Shown: piece after piece, positions 52,608 through 63,400 of the stretch | How positions within the stretch are numbered: position 1 is the first letter of the stretch | Layout of the letters: every line of letters starts with the position of its first letter | Virus record (IMG/VR): IMGVR_UViG_3300029267_003762 | Coordinates: 28,247 to 92,246 of that record | Origin: a virus | Reading direction: 5' to 3' (one strand) | Length of the DNA: 64,000 bases | Made by a program: the position numbers and the translations under genes | Notes under the pieces: model-generated | The model's database searches: none | What the model was told of the DNA's origin: nothing | What the model saw: the letters and a program-made list of their open reading frames with translations, nothing else

Positions 52608-53029
52608 GGACTCCCGAAGGGTGGACCAGGGCCAAGCTCCTGCTCCACACGATACGCAGACCGCCCAGCATTGGGTCAGTTCGGGAGTCCATACTTCGTC
52701 TGCTTCTTCAACGACTGGAGGAGATCGAGCATTACCGGTTCACCGCGATGTTCACGGCGATACTCGACTCGGAGGAGAAGAAGAAAGCGATAGAGGCCTA
52801 CGAGGCCTACTTCAAAACGGCGTTCCCGTACATTGAGACGGACGAGAGGCGCACCGATGAGAAGCTCATCGACTTCCTGCGCAAAGAGGTCGAACGCGGG
52901 CCGCTCGAGATCAAGCCGCTCGACATGGGGGTGCGCAGCCGCATGGCCAGTCGCAAACGGCGGGCCGACCCGGAGCTTCTCAAGCGCTCCGGCAAGATCT
53001 TGAAGAAGATCGGAAGGACGCTGGAATGA
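52595..53029 (+). CDS. -1 frameshift extension (T-like) of the tail assembly chaperone
   Basis: The -1 frame opens at GGG AAA TGG; no convincing independent start or SD. Confidence 0.6.
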   Translation, partial: GKWLRTPEGWTRAKLLLHTIRRPPSIGSVRESILRLLLQRLEEIEHYRFTAMFTAILDSEEKKKAIEAYEAYFKTAFPYIETDERRTDEKLIDFLRKEVERGPLEIKPLDMGVRSRMASRKRRADPELLKRSGKILKKIGRTLE

Positions 53030-53424
53030 GCAAGGAAGAAGTCTACGTTTGCCCGCAGTGCAACAGCCCGGCTCTCGACGTTCCGCAGCTCGTTGGGTCG
53101 CGCGCTCAGTGCCGCAAGTGCGGGTGGAAGGGCCCCGTGCAGGACTTGGTTGGGGTGGCCATGGACATCCAAGGAGGACTTGGGGGCGACTCGCAGGAGG
53201 AGCTGACGCGCCAGTACATGACCGACGTGCGCAACACCATCGCCAAGGACTGCGCGCTTCCGATCGGCCGCCTTCTGGTCAAGTACGGGTTCGTCGACTC
53301 CGAGAACATAGACAAGAAGGTCATGGCCGCCTACTTGGTCGCCGTCGCCCGTGCGGTAGCGGTGACGCTGCTGGAGACCAGGGACAAGATCGAGACGGAG
53401 GGCATCAATGCAGTCGTCAACTGA
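53026..53424 (+). CDS. Zn-ribbon protein
   Basis: CPQC..CRKCGW. Confidence 0.7.
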   Translation: MSKEEVYVCPQCNSPALDVPQLVGSRAQCRKCGWKGPVQDLVGVAMDIQGGLGGDSQEELTRQYMTDVRNTIAKDCALPIGRLLVKYGFVDSENIDKKVMAAYLVAVARAVAVTLLETRDKIETEGINAVVN

Positions 53425-53689
53425 CCAAGACAGGCCGTACTTCGCGCCCGCGCCGGTGCGCAAGGCGGACGAAGAGTCCCTGTTCTGCTTCCTCAACCCC
53501 GAGAGGGAGTGCGACTCGACGTGCATGGCGTTCAACATAAACGTCCCCAACCAGCCGGAGTACCGGGGCTCCTGGGCGCAATGCAAGCTGCTCATCAGCG
53601 CACATCAGATCGCCAAGCACATGACCATCGTGGCGCAGCAGGCGAAGAACCACGTCGACGATTCTCGCAGGAAGGCAGGTGCCCCATGA
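53408..53689 (+). CDS. Small Cys-containing protein
   Basis: CFL..ECDSTCMAF..C. Confidence 0.65.
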   Translation: MQSSTDQDRPYFAPAPVRKADEESLFCFLNPERECDSTCMAFNINVPNQPEYRGSWAQCKLLISAHQIAKHMTIVAQQAKNHVDDSRRKAGAP

Positions 53690-54108
53690 CCCCGGTAACC
53701 CTTCAGGTGCAGGTCATGAAGATCGTCGAGGAGCTCGACATCTCTACGGGCATCACCGAGCGGTTCTTGCTCGTCAACTTCCTCGGGCAGGAGGCGAGGT
53801 TCAAGGCCAACGACGGCGTCATCGAAGCAGTCATGGCGCGGTCGGTTGCTGGTGCCTCTCAGCCCGCTGCGCCCCCCGAACCGGGCAGGCCCTCAGAGTT
53901 CGAGGACTGGGCAGCCGAACCCCCGGGCCCCCCGCCGGCGCCGAAGAGCTTGCACGAGGCCTTCGACGGGCCCCCTCGGCCCCCGCCCCGCCCTAGGACC
54001 ATTCAGGCAGATGCGCGCGGCAACCCCATCGTCCTCCCTGAGCACCGCGTCGATGGAAGTGGCGGCGTCATGGAGCGCGATGACGAGGAAGGTACAGCGT
54101 CGATATGA
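53686..54108 (+). CDS. Hypothetical protein
   Basis: ATGA overlap; Pro-rich tail. Confidence 0.65.
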   Translation: MTPVTLQVQVMKIVEELDISTGITERFLLVNFLGQEARFKANDGVIEAVMARSVAGASQPAAPPEPGRPSEFEDWAAEPPGPPPAPKSLHEAFDGPPRPPPRPRTIQADARGNPIVLPEHRVDGSGGVMERDDEEGTASI

Positions 54109-54560
54109 TCGTCTTGTGCTCCAGGTGCGGCGCCGTGTTTCGGGTCATGGGGGATCCGGACACGGTTGCCAACTTGGTCGGGCGGAACACCGAGTACTGG
54201 CCGAACGGGTACAAGTGCGCGCTGTGCGGGGGCACGTGCGCGGCCACGGAAGGGGCCAGCCGAGAAGTGCTGTCGATGGCCACCAAACGCTTCGAGCTCG
54301 AGCCGCAGGAGGCCCTCATGGGGCTCGTGGCCGGCCTTGGCCTGCCGGAGGAGCGCGAGCTCGGCGATGTGAAGGGTGCCCTCGAGGGCAAGACGATTGA
54401 CTCTGTTCACGGCTACATGATGGGCGGGCGCTTCGTGATTGAGCACTTGGACGTTGCGGGTCTTCGCCTCTTCCTTGCCGGCTCTGCGACTGGCGCCCTC
54501 GTGTACCGCGTCAAGGACCTGAAGAAGTTCGAGTTCACGGAGAAGGCCGATGGCGGATGA
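54105..54560 (+). CDS. Zn-finger protein
   Basis: CSRC..CALC. Confidence 0.7.
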   Translation: MIVLCSRCGAVFRVMGDPDTVANLVGRNTEYWPNGYKCALCGGTCAATEGASREVLSMATKRFELEPQEALMGLVAGLGLPEERELGDVKGALEGKTIDSVHGYMMGGRFVIEHLDVAGLRLFLAGSATGALVYRVKDLKKFEFTEKADGG

Positions 54561-54876
54561 CAGGCTCGTGCTGGAGTACAAGCGCAAGATCAGCGAGGGC
54601 GGCAAGTGCTCGGGGCGCGTCGTCAGGTACGAGAACGACGAACCCTCCTCTACCTTGTTCGCCGACGTGTCCTTCAAGGAGATGCTCGAGGTCTTCGCTT
54701 GGGAGGTGCAGCGCCGCCCTGACCTTCCCCTCTTCTACAAACGCATCGACCACCTCGGGTTCGAAGAACAACCATGGGACCCCGCGCATGTGTCCGCGTT
54801 TCGCGGCGACAGTGCCAAGGTCATCGAAGAACTGAGCACCCCTCGGGTGTACGGAAAGGAACTGAAGAATGGCTGA
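54550..54876 (+). CDS. Hypothetical protein
   Basis: Coupled run. Confidence 0.65.
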   Translation: MADDRLVLEYKRKISEGGKCSGRVVRYENDEPSSTLFADVSFKEMLEVFAWEVQRRPDLPLFYKRIDHLGFEEQPWDPAHVSAFRGDSAKVIEELSTPRVYGKELKNG

Positions 54877-55240
54877 CCCTACCAGCATCAAGCCCCTCGG
54901 GGTTCGCACGCCTCCCGGCCAGCAGGACGCGCGAGAGCAGTACCACGAGCAGACCATGCGGCAGATGGGCAAGCCCAAGACCGTCGTGTCGATTCAGAAG
55001 ATGGACACCTACGTGATCCAGTTCTTCGACGCCAAGGGAGAGGCGCACACGGCGCTGCTGCATCACACCGGCGACCAGCTGCTCATGCACAAGGCCGACG
55101 AAGCCTGGGCCAAGGACCTGCGCACCGTCATGCCGTGGGTCGAGGAGCAGGCCAAGAAGCTCGTGCCGGCGTTCGCCGCCAACGACATCAAGGCGGATAC
55201 CGGCGTCGACATCATGGAGGAGGACGATGGAGGCAACTGA
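54869..55240 (+). CDS. Hypothetical protein
   Basis: Coupled run. Confidence 0.7.
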   Translation: MADPTSIKPLGVRTPPGQQDAREQYHEQTMRQMGKPKTVVSIQKMDTYVIQFFDAKGEAHTALLHHTGDQLLMHKADEAWAKDLRTVMPWVEEQAKKLVPAFAANDIKADTGVDIMEEDDGGN

Positions 55241-55604
55241 CCCCAGGGTGGCCGTCGTCGAGAAGGACGGAAAGGCCGTCAAGTTCCGCCTCCTCAGTGA
55301 CTGGATCTACGTGCGCATTCACGAGCCCAAGAAGCAGAAGGGCAGCGTCATCCTGCCTGACACCGTGGCTCCGGATCTGCATGTCGGAACTGTGCTGGCC
55401 CGCGGTCCTGGCAAGGACGCATCCAACGGCTCTCGCATCCCTGTAGGGGTGGAGCCGGGGGAGGTCGTTGCCTTCCATCGGTGGAACGTCGAGCACCGAC
55501 ATGGCCAAGCCATCAGCCAGTATCTGGAAGAGGGTGCCGGGCTCATTCGTGGCGATGACGTGCTCGTCGTCTTCCCGCCGGGCTCCGAGCCGGAGATCTG
55601 GTGA
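55227..55604 (+). CDS. groES: GroES-like co-chaperonin
   Basis: RLLSDWIYVR..GSVILPDT..GTVLARGPGK..VGVEPGEVVAF..LIRGDDVL. Confidence 0.85.
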   Translation: MEATDPRVAVVEKDGKAVKFRLLSDWIYVRIHEPKKQKGSVILPDTVAPDLHVGTVLARGPGKDASNGSRIPVGVEPGEVVAFHRWNVEHRHGQAISQYLEEGAGLIRGDDVLVVFPPGSEPEIW

Positions 55605-55870
55605 TGGACCTCGTGGTCGAAGCCGGTCCCAACACGTGGCAGATCGCGTACACGTGGCTGCCAACGTGGATTGGGATGAACAAGGCGCTCATGATGGAGC
55701 TCCAGCGCCACCTTCGAGACAAGTTCGAGGACATCCGGCCGGGCAAGCCGGGTCTGCAGGAAGAGCTCAACAACGAGGTCGCCAGCTGGCTTCAGGGCAA
55801 GTTCCCGAACATCGAGGGCCTCGAGGCGCACCTTCTCCACTTGATGTGGGTGAAGCCAAAGGACTGGTGA
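55601..55870 (+). CDS. Hypothetical protein
   Basis: GTGA overlap. Confidence 0.65.
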   Translation: MMDLVVEAGPNTWQIAYTWLPTWIGMNKALMMELQRHLRDKFEDIRPGKPGLQEELNNEVASWLQGKFPNIEGLEAHLLHLMWVKPKDW

Positions 55871-56073
55871 TGAAAGAAGGGCGCATTCACATTCGATGTG
55901 ACGAGAAGTTGGCGAACCAGATGCGCAAGTACGCCAAGAAGAAGCGCACCACCCTGTCCGCTATCATAGAAGAGCACTTCCGGTTCCTGCTGGAGCTCGA
56001 GAAGGTCTCCAATGGGTTGCGAAAGGGAGAGCAAGGGGTAGCCCAACATGCGGTATCGAAAAGAAGCAGATAA
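55870..56073 (+). CDS. Ribbon-helix-helix DNA-binding protein
   Basis: RIHIRCDEKL..KYAKKKRTTLSAIIEE. Confidence 0.7.
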   Translation: MKEGRIHIRCDEKLANQMRKYAKKKRTTLSAIIEEHFRFLLELEKVSNGLRKGEQGVAQHAVSKRSR

Positions 56074-56590
56074 GGTCGAGGTCCCCCCGGGCGCCGGCAC
56101 GGCCGGGTTCTTGGAGACCATCAAGCAGCTGCTCGAGCTCCGCGGCATCGACAACATTCACATCAGCGCGAAGGGCCTGGTGGAGTGGGAGCGTTGGGTG
56201 CCCAAGGACGGTCCGGAGGTTGAGCCGTTCGGCATCGACCTGTCCACGTTCACTCCGCACGACGCCATGCGCCGGGGCCTGATGAAGGAGATCGTCTTCG
56301 TCCCGGAGGAGAACGCTGCGGAGACCATCTGCAAGTGCTTCGTGGCCGCTCGGGTTGATGGGGTCGTGCCTATCTGCTTCGCCACTGGGCCCAACACCCT
56401 CTTGTGGAAGTGGTTTGCACGAAAGACCGCGGTCGTTGCCTCCCTTCCTCAGGACGAGTTCTTTGGCTTGCCGCTGCGCCGAGACTCGGGAGTTCCCAAC
56501 GAGGCGCTCGTCATGTTCGCGGGCTACGAGCGCACAGCGCAGCTCGTCGACTCCACCCACGTCTACAAGATCCCTCTGGTGCTTCAATGA
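56048..56590 (+). CDS. Hypothetical protein
   Basis: Coupled run. Confidence 0.7.
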   Translation: MRYRKEADKVEVPPGAGTAGFLETIKQLLELRGIDNIHISAKGLVEWERWVPKDGPEVEPFGIDLSTFTPHDAMRRGLMKEIVFVPEENAAETICKCFVAARVDGVVPICFATGPNTLLWKWFARKTAVVASLPQDEFFGLPLRRDSGVPNEALVMFAGYERTAQLVDSTHVYKIPLVLQ

Positions 56591-57099
56591 GACACAAGAT
56601 CGCGGCCATCATCGCCAAGTCCGGCATCATCCCGGAGGAGACCCTTCGCCAGTACCAGAAGTGGGGTCTGCTGCCGGATGCCAAAAAGATTCCTCCTCCG
56701 AAGACGGCCGAGGAGTTCGTCACGCGGGTGCAGCGCGCGCTCGAGGAAGACAACATCGCCCTCGTCAAGGAGACGGACCTGGACATCGTCCCTCAGTATG
56801 TGAGGACGCAGGCCGTCGGCAGCTTGTACGTTGCGCACAACGAAGGGGAGATGCAGAAGGGGTTCGAGGTCGTCTTCGGTCGGACGCTCACCGGCGAGTT
56901 CATCTTGCCGTGGGGAGGGGACGACATCTCGGACCTGCTGACGAACGGTGTGACGCACCTGACCTTTGCAGTAGCGAACTCGTCGAGCAGGGGCGAGCCA
57001 CTTCGCCTGCTCAGCACCGTCTACTTCGACGAGGTGCGGGAGGTCTACTTTGGTGACCGGAAGGTGTTCATCGTCTGCCGGGGCAGGAAGGAGGAGTAG
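56587..57099 (+). CDS. Hypothetical protein
   Basis: ATGA overlap. Confidence 0.7.
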   Translation: MRHKIAAIIAKSGIIPEETLRQYQKWGLLPDAKKIPPPKTAEEFVTRVQRALEEDNIALVKETDLDIVPQYVRTQAVGSLYVAHNEGEMQKGFEVVFGRTLTGEFILPWGGDDISDLLTNGVTHLTFAVANSSSRGEPLRLLSTVYFDEVREVYFGDRKVFIVCRGRKEE

Positions 57100-57543
57100 A
57101 TGGCGAACGTTCTCGTAGGGGCGCTGGCACAGCGCGGGTTCGAGACGGTGGACGTCAAGTCCTCCCCGAACCGCGTCTACTTGCTTGGCAGGTGTCGGAG
57201 CAACATCCGGAACATGATGTCCGCGGTGCACAACATCTACTTGGCCGCGAACAACCAACCGTGGAGCGCGGACTTCTCCAAGTCCTTCCTGCTCAAGGGC
57301 GGCAACCTTGTGCATGCCTACCGCTTCATCTTCCAGAGCAAAGAGCCGATCGAGAAGTACCTGCCGATCATCTTGGCGGCCATCGCTAACGCCCCGGAGG
57401 TGGGCGTCACTGAAAGTGCAGGCAGCATGCCGCTGCACGGTGCCAGTGCGAATCGTAACGCCCCCGTCGAGTTCGGCGGCAAGGGGGCTGTGCCCTCGGG
57501 CAAGTTCATTCCCAAAGCCGCCATGGGCCGCATGGGAGGGTGA
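57100..57543 (+). CDS. Hypothetical protein
   Basis: SD GGAGGAG. Confidence 0.7.
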   Translation: MANVLVGALAQRGFETVDVKSSPNRVYLLGRCRSNIRNMMSAVHNIYLAANNQPWSADFSKSFLLKGGNLVHAYRFIFQSKEPIEKYLPIILAAIANAPEVGVTESAGSMPLHGASANRNAPVEFGGKGAVPSGKFIPKAAMGRMGG

Positions 57544-57544
57544 G

Positions 57545-58174
57545 ATGTCCGTCGTAGAGAAGAAGTACCAGGAGCAGGTAGAGGAAGTGCAGCTCACCCC
57601 GCAGGAGCTGCAAGCCGTGCAGGAGCGCATCAAGGGGATGCGCGAGCTCACCAAGGACAAGACGCCCCGGGCGAAGTACAAGATCGAGATCCGCTTCTTC
57701 CGCAAGCGAACCTCCCGCGCCGCTACTCCCGGCTTCATGTCTTGGTGGCTCAGCGGCAAGAAGCTGCACGGCGGAGGCGACGAAAAGATGTACGTCTGCC
57801 CGAACTGCAACAGCTTCATCCTTGAGGACGGCAACGTCTCGTCCGTGCACTACTGCCATGGGTGCGGGCAGAGTTACGAGGCCGAGAAGGCGATCGGCGA
57901 GATCTACTTCAATCTCACGATGCAGAAGTGGGCCGAGGTCATCAACATGTGGTTCCACAAGCTCGGCGGGGACTGCGACATCTACCTCAAGCACAGTCCG
58001 GACGACATCCGAGCGCACTGCGAACGTGAGATGCTTCGCAAGGCCGGGGGCGACGTGCTCAACAAGATGCGCTCCGCGCGCGGCCTGTACATCTACCCTT
58101 TGGCGAACATCATCAAGGACCTTGGGGCCGGGGCCGACCCAGTCAAACGGTTCAAGGCCTTTCTGACGGCGTGA
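57545..58174 (+). CDS. Zn-ribbon-containing protein
   Basis: CPNC..CHGC; SD GGAGG. Confidence 0.7.
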   Translation: MSVVEKKYQEQVEEVQLTPQELQAVQERIKGMRELTKDKTPRAKYKIEIRFFRKRTSRAATPGFMSWWLSGKKLHGGGDEKMYVCPNCNSFILEDGNVSSVHYCHGCGQSYEAEKAIGEIYFNLTMQKWAEVINMWFHKLGGDCDIYLKHSPDDIRAHCEREMLRKAGGDVLNKMRSARGLYIYPLANIIKDLGAGADPVKRFKAFLTA

Positions 58175-58181
58175 GGGGACC

Positions 58182-58526
58182 ATGAACGACTACGAGAAGC
58201 TGGCCTACAAGCGCATCGTCATCAAGAACATCGCAATCTTCCTCGACAGGGCCGAGACCATGCACGAGGAGGACTTCCTTCCTTCGAGCAAGTCCGAGGT
58301 TCCTCAGGAGGTCTTGGAGGAGATGAAGGCGGAGTTCGACGCGTTTGCCGTCGAGCTCGAGCAGCAGCTCAGCTGTTACCAACTGGTGAGGATAGAGGAT
58401 GACCAACCGAAAGAACGGAAGTCGAAAGCCGCCCCAAAACGCAATGCCCCGAAGGCCCGGAAAGCCTCAGCCAAGCCTGGAGGAAAGGGTAAGGCAACTC
58501 GAGCAGCTCGTCGCAAGCCAGAGTAG
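58182..58526 (+). CDS. Hypothetical protein with basic tail
   Basis: SD GAGGGG. Confidence 0.6.
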   Translation: MNDYEKLAYKRIVIKNIAIFLDRAETMHEEDFLPSSKSEVPQEVLEEMKAEFDAFAVELEQQLSCYQLVRIEDDQPKERKSKAAPKRNAPKARKASAKPGGKGKATRAARRKPE

Positions 58527-58893
58527 CCGCATCAAGACGGTCGAGGACGAGCTCGTTCGCATGGCGGGGGTCGTTGACAACAACGCGGCCATCCTTCGTG
58601 ACAGCTTCATGGCGCACGACGCTATGATCTTCGTGATGGACCTGATCGTTCGAGACGTCTGCAACGAGGGGCCGGAGTGTTTCGAGGACGGCACCATCGA
58701 CTACAACTTCTACATGGAGAAGTACCGAGAGAAGCTCGAGGCGGAAGCAGGGCAAGAAGATGTTGCGCCTGCCCCTGAGCAAGAAGTACCTTCTGAGCAG
58801 CCCATTACCCCTGCCGAACAGGCGGACGAGGGCGAGTACCCAGAGGGTGCGGTAGTCTTCGGAGGAGATCATGGCCAAACTGCAGAGGGGTAG
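58399..58893 (+). CDS. Hypothetical coiled-coil/acidic protein
   Basis: Overlaps the tail of the previous gene. Confidence 0.6.
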   Translation: MTNRKNGSRKPPQNAMPRRPGKPQPSLEERVRQLEQLVASQSSRIKTVEDELVRMAGVVDNNAAILRDSFMAHDAMIFVMDLIVRDVCNEGPECFEDGTIDYNFYMEKYREKLEAEAGQEDVAPAPEQEVPSEQPITPAEQADEGEYPEGAVVFGGDHGQTAEG

Positions 58894-59068
58894 AGAGACT
58901 TCGCAGGGAGTCGTCGTCAAGCGGGAGAGTGAGAAGGAGCCCCTCGGGAAGCTCAGGTGCCCCCGGTGCAAGGGCGCTGCCATCAGCGTTGTGCAGCGCG
59001 GGGGCCAAAGCCTGATGTGCTGCCAGAGCTGCGGGCGCAAGTGGTCCGCCAAGGCCATGAAGGGCTAA
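58871..59068 (+). CDS. Small Zn-ribbon protein
   Basis: CPRC..CQSC; SD GGAGGAG. Confidence 0.7.
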   Translation: MAKLQRGRETSQGVVVKRESEKEPLGKLRCPRCKGAAISVVQRGGQSLMCCQSCGRKWSAKAMKG

Positions 59069-59106
59069 AAAAGGAGCGGGGACCCCGGCCGCTAGGGCCC
59101 CCGCTC
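59067..59106 (-). terminator. Intrinsic terminator hairpin
   Basis: GAGCGGGGACCC..GGGCCCCCGCTC stem with an A6 tract on the left (U-tract on the minus strand). Confidence 0.6.
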
Positions 59107-59146
59107 AGGGTGAGCCGCACCATGCGCCACCCGGAGGGAGGTACAG

Positions 59147-59383
59147 GTGACGATCAAAGTGACGGCTGAGGGGCAGGACGGTGCGGCCCTTGAGGCGGAA
59201 GCCAACGAGGCCATCGACGCGTTCGACGACTGGTTTCAGGAGGAACTGCAGAACGCGCCGATGACCCCGAGCGAAGTCGCTGCGGTGAAAACGTTTCTGT
59301 GGTGGTCGATTCAGCGGGGTAGGGGGAACCCTAGACCCACTGTTTTGCCACCCAAGCCACGCCTTCCTTCACGAGGAGGATGA
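59147..59383 (+). CDS. Hypothetical protein
   Basis: GTG after GGAGG. Confidence 0.55.
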   Translation: MTIKVTAEGQDGAALEAEANEAIDAFDDWFQEELQNAPMTPSEVAAVKTFLWWSIQRGRGNPRPTVLPPKPRLPSRGG

Positions 59384-59867
59384 GCCCGTACGCCGTCACG
59401 GCGATGGCGACCGCGATGCCGGTGTAGAGGGCCACTCGTCCGATGTCGACGTTGATCGACAGGCCGTCCTTCGTCGAGACGAGCTCGGCGACAGCGGGGG
59501 CGCGGTTGAGGCTTGCTTCGAGCGCGCGGATCTCGCGCTGCATCTCGAGCTCGCTCGCGCGCTGTCCGTACTGTCCCGCCAACTGCTGCTGCTGCATCTC
59601 GCGGATCTGGCCCTGCAAGGCCATGAACTCCTTCATCTTGTCGGGGTCCAGTCCGGACACGGGCTGGGCGGTGGGGGGCGTCGACGCGGTGAAGCCGTTG
59701 ATCGCGTCCGCCACGCCGGGAGGCGGGGTCGCGGGCGCGTTGTTCTTGAGCGCCTCGGCCGCGCCGGCGTTGGCGTTCTGCTGGGCGAAGAAGCTCAGCA
59801 CCGGCTGGAGCTGCGTCTGGAAGCTGTCGAACTTTTCGCTGAGTTCTTTCACGGTCGGTGTGGTCAT
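59331..59867 (-). CDS. C-terminally anchored membrane protein
   Basis: SD AGGAG; coiled coil plus C-terminal TM. Confidence 0.7.
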   Translation of the reverse strand: MTTPTVKELSEKFDSFQTQLQPVLSFFAQQNANAGAAEALKNNAPATPPPGVADAINGFTASTPPTAQPVSGLDPDKMKEFMALQGQIREMQQQQLAGQYGQRASELEMQREIRALEASLNRAPAVAELVSTKDGLSINVDIGRVALYTGIAVAIAVTAYGLILLVKEGVAWVAKQWV

Positions 59868-59951
59868 CTGTTTCTATCTCCTGCTTGCAGGTTCTGGTTG
59901 CCCACGCGGCATGCGTAGGGCTGACGTCACTGTTCTTTTGACTGCTTTTCT

Positions 59952-60362
59952 TCAGATCTTGGTGCCAATCATCTTGTTCAAGCCGTGCGTGGCCTTGTCC
60001 TTCGTCATGACGACAGAAGAACATTCCGGGCACACGAGCCCATGCGCCCTCGCAATCTGCTCGAGCTTCTCTCCTCCCTTCAGTTGGCTCGCCATCATGT
60101 GCGCGAGGAAGACGGTGTCCTTCAGGCTCTTGCCAGGCTGAAGCCCCGCGAGCATCCGAGCCTTGAACAGCTCTAGAGCCTTCACGTCATCGGCCAGCGC
60201 GGCTTCGTTCACCACCATGGTCTCGAGCCCGCGGGCCTTGAGATCTTCGTTGAAGTCCTCGAGTGCCATGATGCGCTTGACCCGCGTCTCCATGGGGTTG
60301 AGCACTGTGGCCCCCAAGATCCCCGCGAGAAGCGAGCCGAGTAGGATGGTCAACGGATCCAT
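59952..60362 (-). CDS. N-terminal TM protein
   Basis: ATG 60362 after AAGGAGG. Confidence 0.7.
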   Translation of the reverse strand: MDPLTILLGSLLAGILGATVLNPMETRVKRIMALEDFNEDLKARGLETMVVNEAALADDVKALELFKARMLAGLQPGKSLKDTVFLAHMMASQLKGGEKLEQIARAHGLVCPECSSVVMTKDKATHGLNKMIGTKI

Positions 60363-60388
60363 TGGTTCTCTACCTCCTTGTATTGAAT

Positions 60389-60406
60389 CGCTGCTCTTAT
60401 GCCCCC
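60389..60406 (-). promoter_or_regulatory. Putative phage promoter motif, copy 2
   Basis: Identical to 12789-12806. Confidence 0.7.
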
Positions 60407-60451
60407 GTTTCATAGCTTTTTTGACTACTTGGCGTGTGCTACTCTCGGCGC

Positions 60452-63400
60452 ATGTGGTCCCATGAGATCAGTGCGCTGAACGGGCAGTTCCAGCAGCAAG
60501 CCATGATGCAGACTGCGATGGCCCAGCAGATGACCATGGGGCGGATGCCCGGCGCGCAAGCGGACATGCTTACGGGCATGGCCGTCAACCACGCGCAGGC
60601 AATCGGGTCACCGATTCTGAGCACGGCGGCGGGGCTCACGGGGCTCGATAGCCCCATGTCCGGCGCCATCACCGGTGGCATGTTCGGCATGGCCCTTGGC
60701 CCGGTGGGGGCGGTTGCTGGGGCGGGTATCGGGGCAGGGATGGGGGCCATCGGCAGCGTGGGCATGGGTGCGGCGCAGTTCGCCGCCGGCAACTTCATGC
60801 AGGGCATGCAGCAGCAGCAGGGCCTGAACATGATGATGCGTCAGCAGTACGGCGGCATGGGGATGACCCGCAGTCAGATGGGCCAGACGGGGGCAGCCAT
60901 CAGAGAGATGACCCACGATGTCATGCCAGGCGGCCAGATGCTCGGTTATGAGCAGCTCCAGGGCCTCGCCAGCAACATGGGCCGGATGGGGTTCACGCAA
61001 ACCCTGACGGATGTGCGGCAGTTCAGTCAGAAGTTCAGGGAGATGATCGACACGCTCAAGACCGTCTCCCAGGACCTCGGCACGTCCCTCGAGAACGCTC
61101 AGCAGATGGTCGTGAGCATGAGGGGCTCGGGCCTGTTCCAGAAGGCCGACCAGCTGCGCATGAGCGCGCAGGTTCGCCAGAACGCTTTGAGCGGCGTCTC
61201 CATACAGGAGACCACGCAGATGGCCAACATCGGTTCGCAGATCTCTCGCAGCATCGGCGGGCTCGGCCGGCAGGGTGCTGTCGCCGGCGCCCGTACCATC
61301 GGACAGGTTGGTGCCGCGCAGCGGGCAGGCGTCATCAGCGAAGAGGACATCTACAACGTCACCGGCCTGACAGGTTCGGAGGGGCGCACCGCGTACGCGC
61401 AGCAGATGCTCTCGATGGACGCCCGGTTCCTGCGTGGAGGGCTCGGGCGCCGGCTGATGGCTTCCATGGCCTCGGAGAACGCCGGCGAGATCGATGAGGA
61501 AGCCTTCGACAGCTTCATGTCCGGCGGCTTCTCCACCGGCGAGACCATGGGGCAAGCTCGCCCACGCGCTGCTCGTCTCGGCCGCGCCTCGTTCATTCGT
61601 AACGAGGGGCGCCTCCGCGGTTCTCTGCTCGAGAAGGGCGGAGGCGGGCTGGCCCTGCGCGCCTTCCAGGGGTGGCTGGGTAGCCGGGGTATGGATGTCT
61701 ACGGCATGGACGACCGGGCCAAGATCTTCGCCCAGCGCCGCCTGGGACTCGGTCGGGAAGAGATCGACGTCATGACCCAGCAGCTCCGGCGTATGGGCGA
61801 CGTCAACCAGTTCATGGAGTCACAGCGCGAGCAGGACTCCTTCCAGCGCGAGCAGATCTCGGAGCGTAACCGCACAGGCGTCGAGGGCATGAAGCGGTCC
61901 TTCGACCAGTTCCGGCACCGAGTGCAGAGCTCCATCCAAGAGGTCGGCGCCAAGACGTACAACGACATGTCCGGGTGGGTAGAGGACCAGCTCAATCGGA
62001 TGTTCGGTACGTACAGTGAGGAGATCGACGCGCAGATGAACGAGGCTTTCGCGTCGTTCCGTTCGAGCAAAGGGCAGAGCTTCTACGCCAACCAGCGCAT
62101 CAACCAGCTCCAGACGGCCGCCGGCGGCTTCGGTCGCGGTATCAACGCCCCCACGCAGTTCAGTGCTGGTTTTGGAGGAGGGCCCACCGACGTCGACGCC
62201 TACAGGGCCATGGCGCAGGGCGGTTCCATGATGGGCCGGGTGCAGGGCTGGCTCAACGAGAACACGGCGCTTGGGATGCCGAACGCCGAGGAGCGAACGG
62301 GCTTCAGGTTCAAGTACGACCCCAGTAAGGGCGGGTCGGAGAGTGAGCAGTTCAGGTCGTTCAAGAGGCGAGTAACTGCCGCGAATCAGGGCGCCAGAGC
62401 TGTGATCGACAAGTCCGTTACCGCCTCCGCAGCGGCGGCGAGGGATCAGATCTGGAGCGTGGGCTTCCTGGACAAGCTCTCCAAGACGCAGGGCGAGGAC
62501 AAGCTCGCGTTGATCGAGTCGCAGATCGCAAACGTCCCGGGGATGGGGGACGTCAACAAGGAGATTGACCGCCTCAAGAGTGAGGGCAAGCGTCTGGACG
62601 CGGAGATCGAGAACACGAGGGACCCCGCCAAGAGGGCGGCACTTGAAGAGAAAAAGAACGGTCTTCTGGCCAGAAGGATGAACATCAGCCAGTCGGTGGC
62701 GGCTGGGGCTACAGGCGTCACCTCTCTTGGGTTCAGCGGCAAGTCACCGTTCGCCGCCATGGGTATGGCGGGGATGTCCCGGCGTGACCGAATGAGCGCC
62801 TACGGTGAGGCCATGATGTATGGCGACGACGCCATGAAGCGTGACGAGCAGATCGCCGGAGAAGGCGTGGATGCCCTGGCGCTGGGTGGGGCCGGCATGC
62901 TCCTTGAGCTGGGTGACAGGCTTGGCGTGTTCAGGGAGGGCAAGGACAAGGCGTTTTCGGCAGGTGGATGGAGGAAGGCTTTCGAGAGCACGCCAATGGG
63001 GGCGGCGTCTCCGGTCTTCAGCAAGGGCTTGGACTGGTTGAAGGGGGCCACTGCTGACGTACGCTCTAGGCTGCGTGGGGGCATGGGTCGCGGGGCCATG
63101 GAGAGCGAGCTCGCAGGTCTCATTACGGGCACGGAGGGCCGTGGGATGATGGCGACGGCCCTTACTGGTGGTGAGAGGCAGAGCCAGGCCCTATTGGCCA
63201 GAGTTCGGCGTGAGATGGCAGGGGAGGCAGGCAAGGACTCTGCGCGGAAGAAGATGCTCGGCATCATCGGAGCTGCCGCCGAGATACGAAAGATCAATGA
63301 CCCCACCAGCCGGTTGAGTAAGAAGGAGAAGCAGGAGCGACTGCAGAAGGTGGCCGAGGACTACGGCTTCGAAAGTGCCGACGAGATGCAGAACGTTGTG

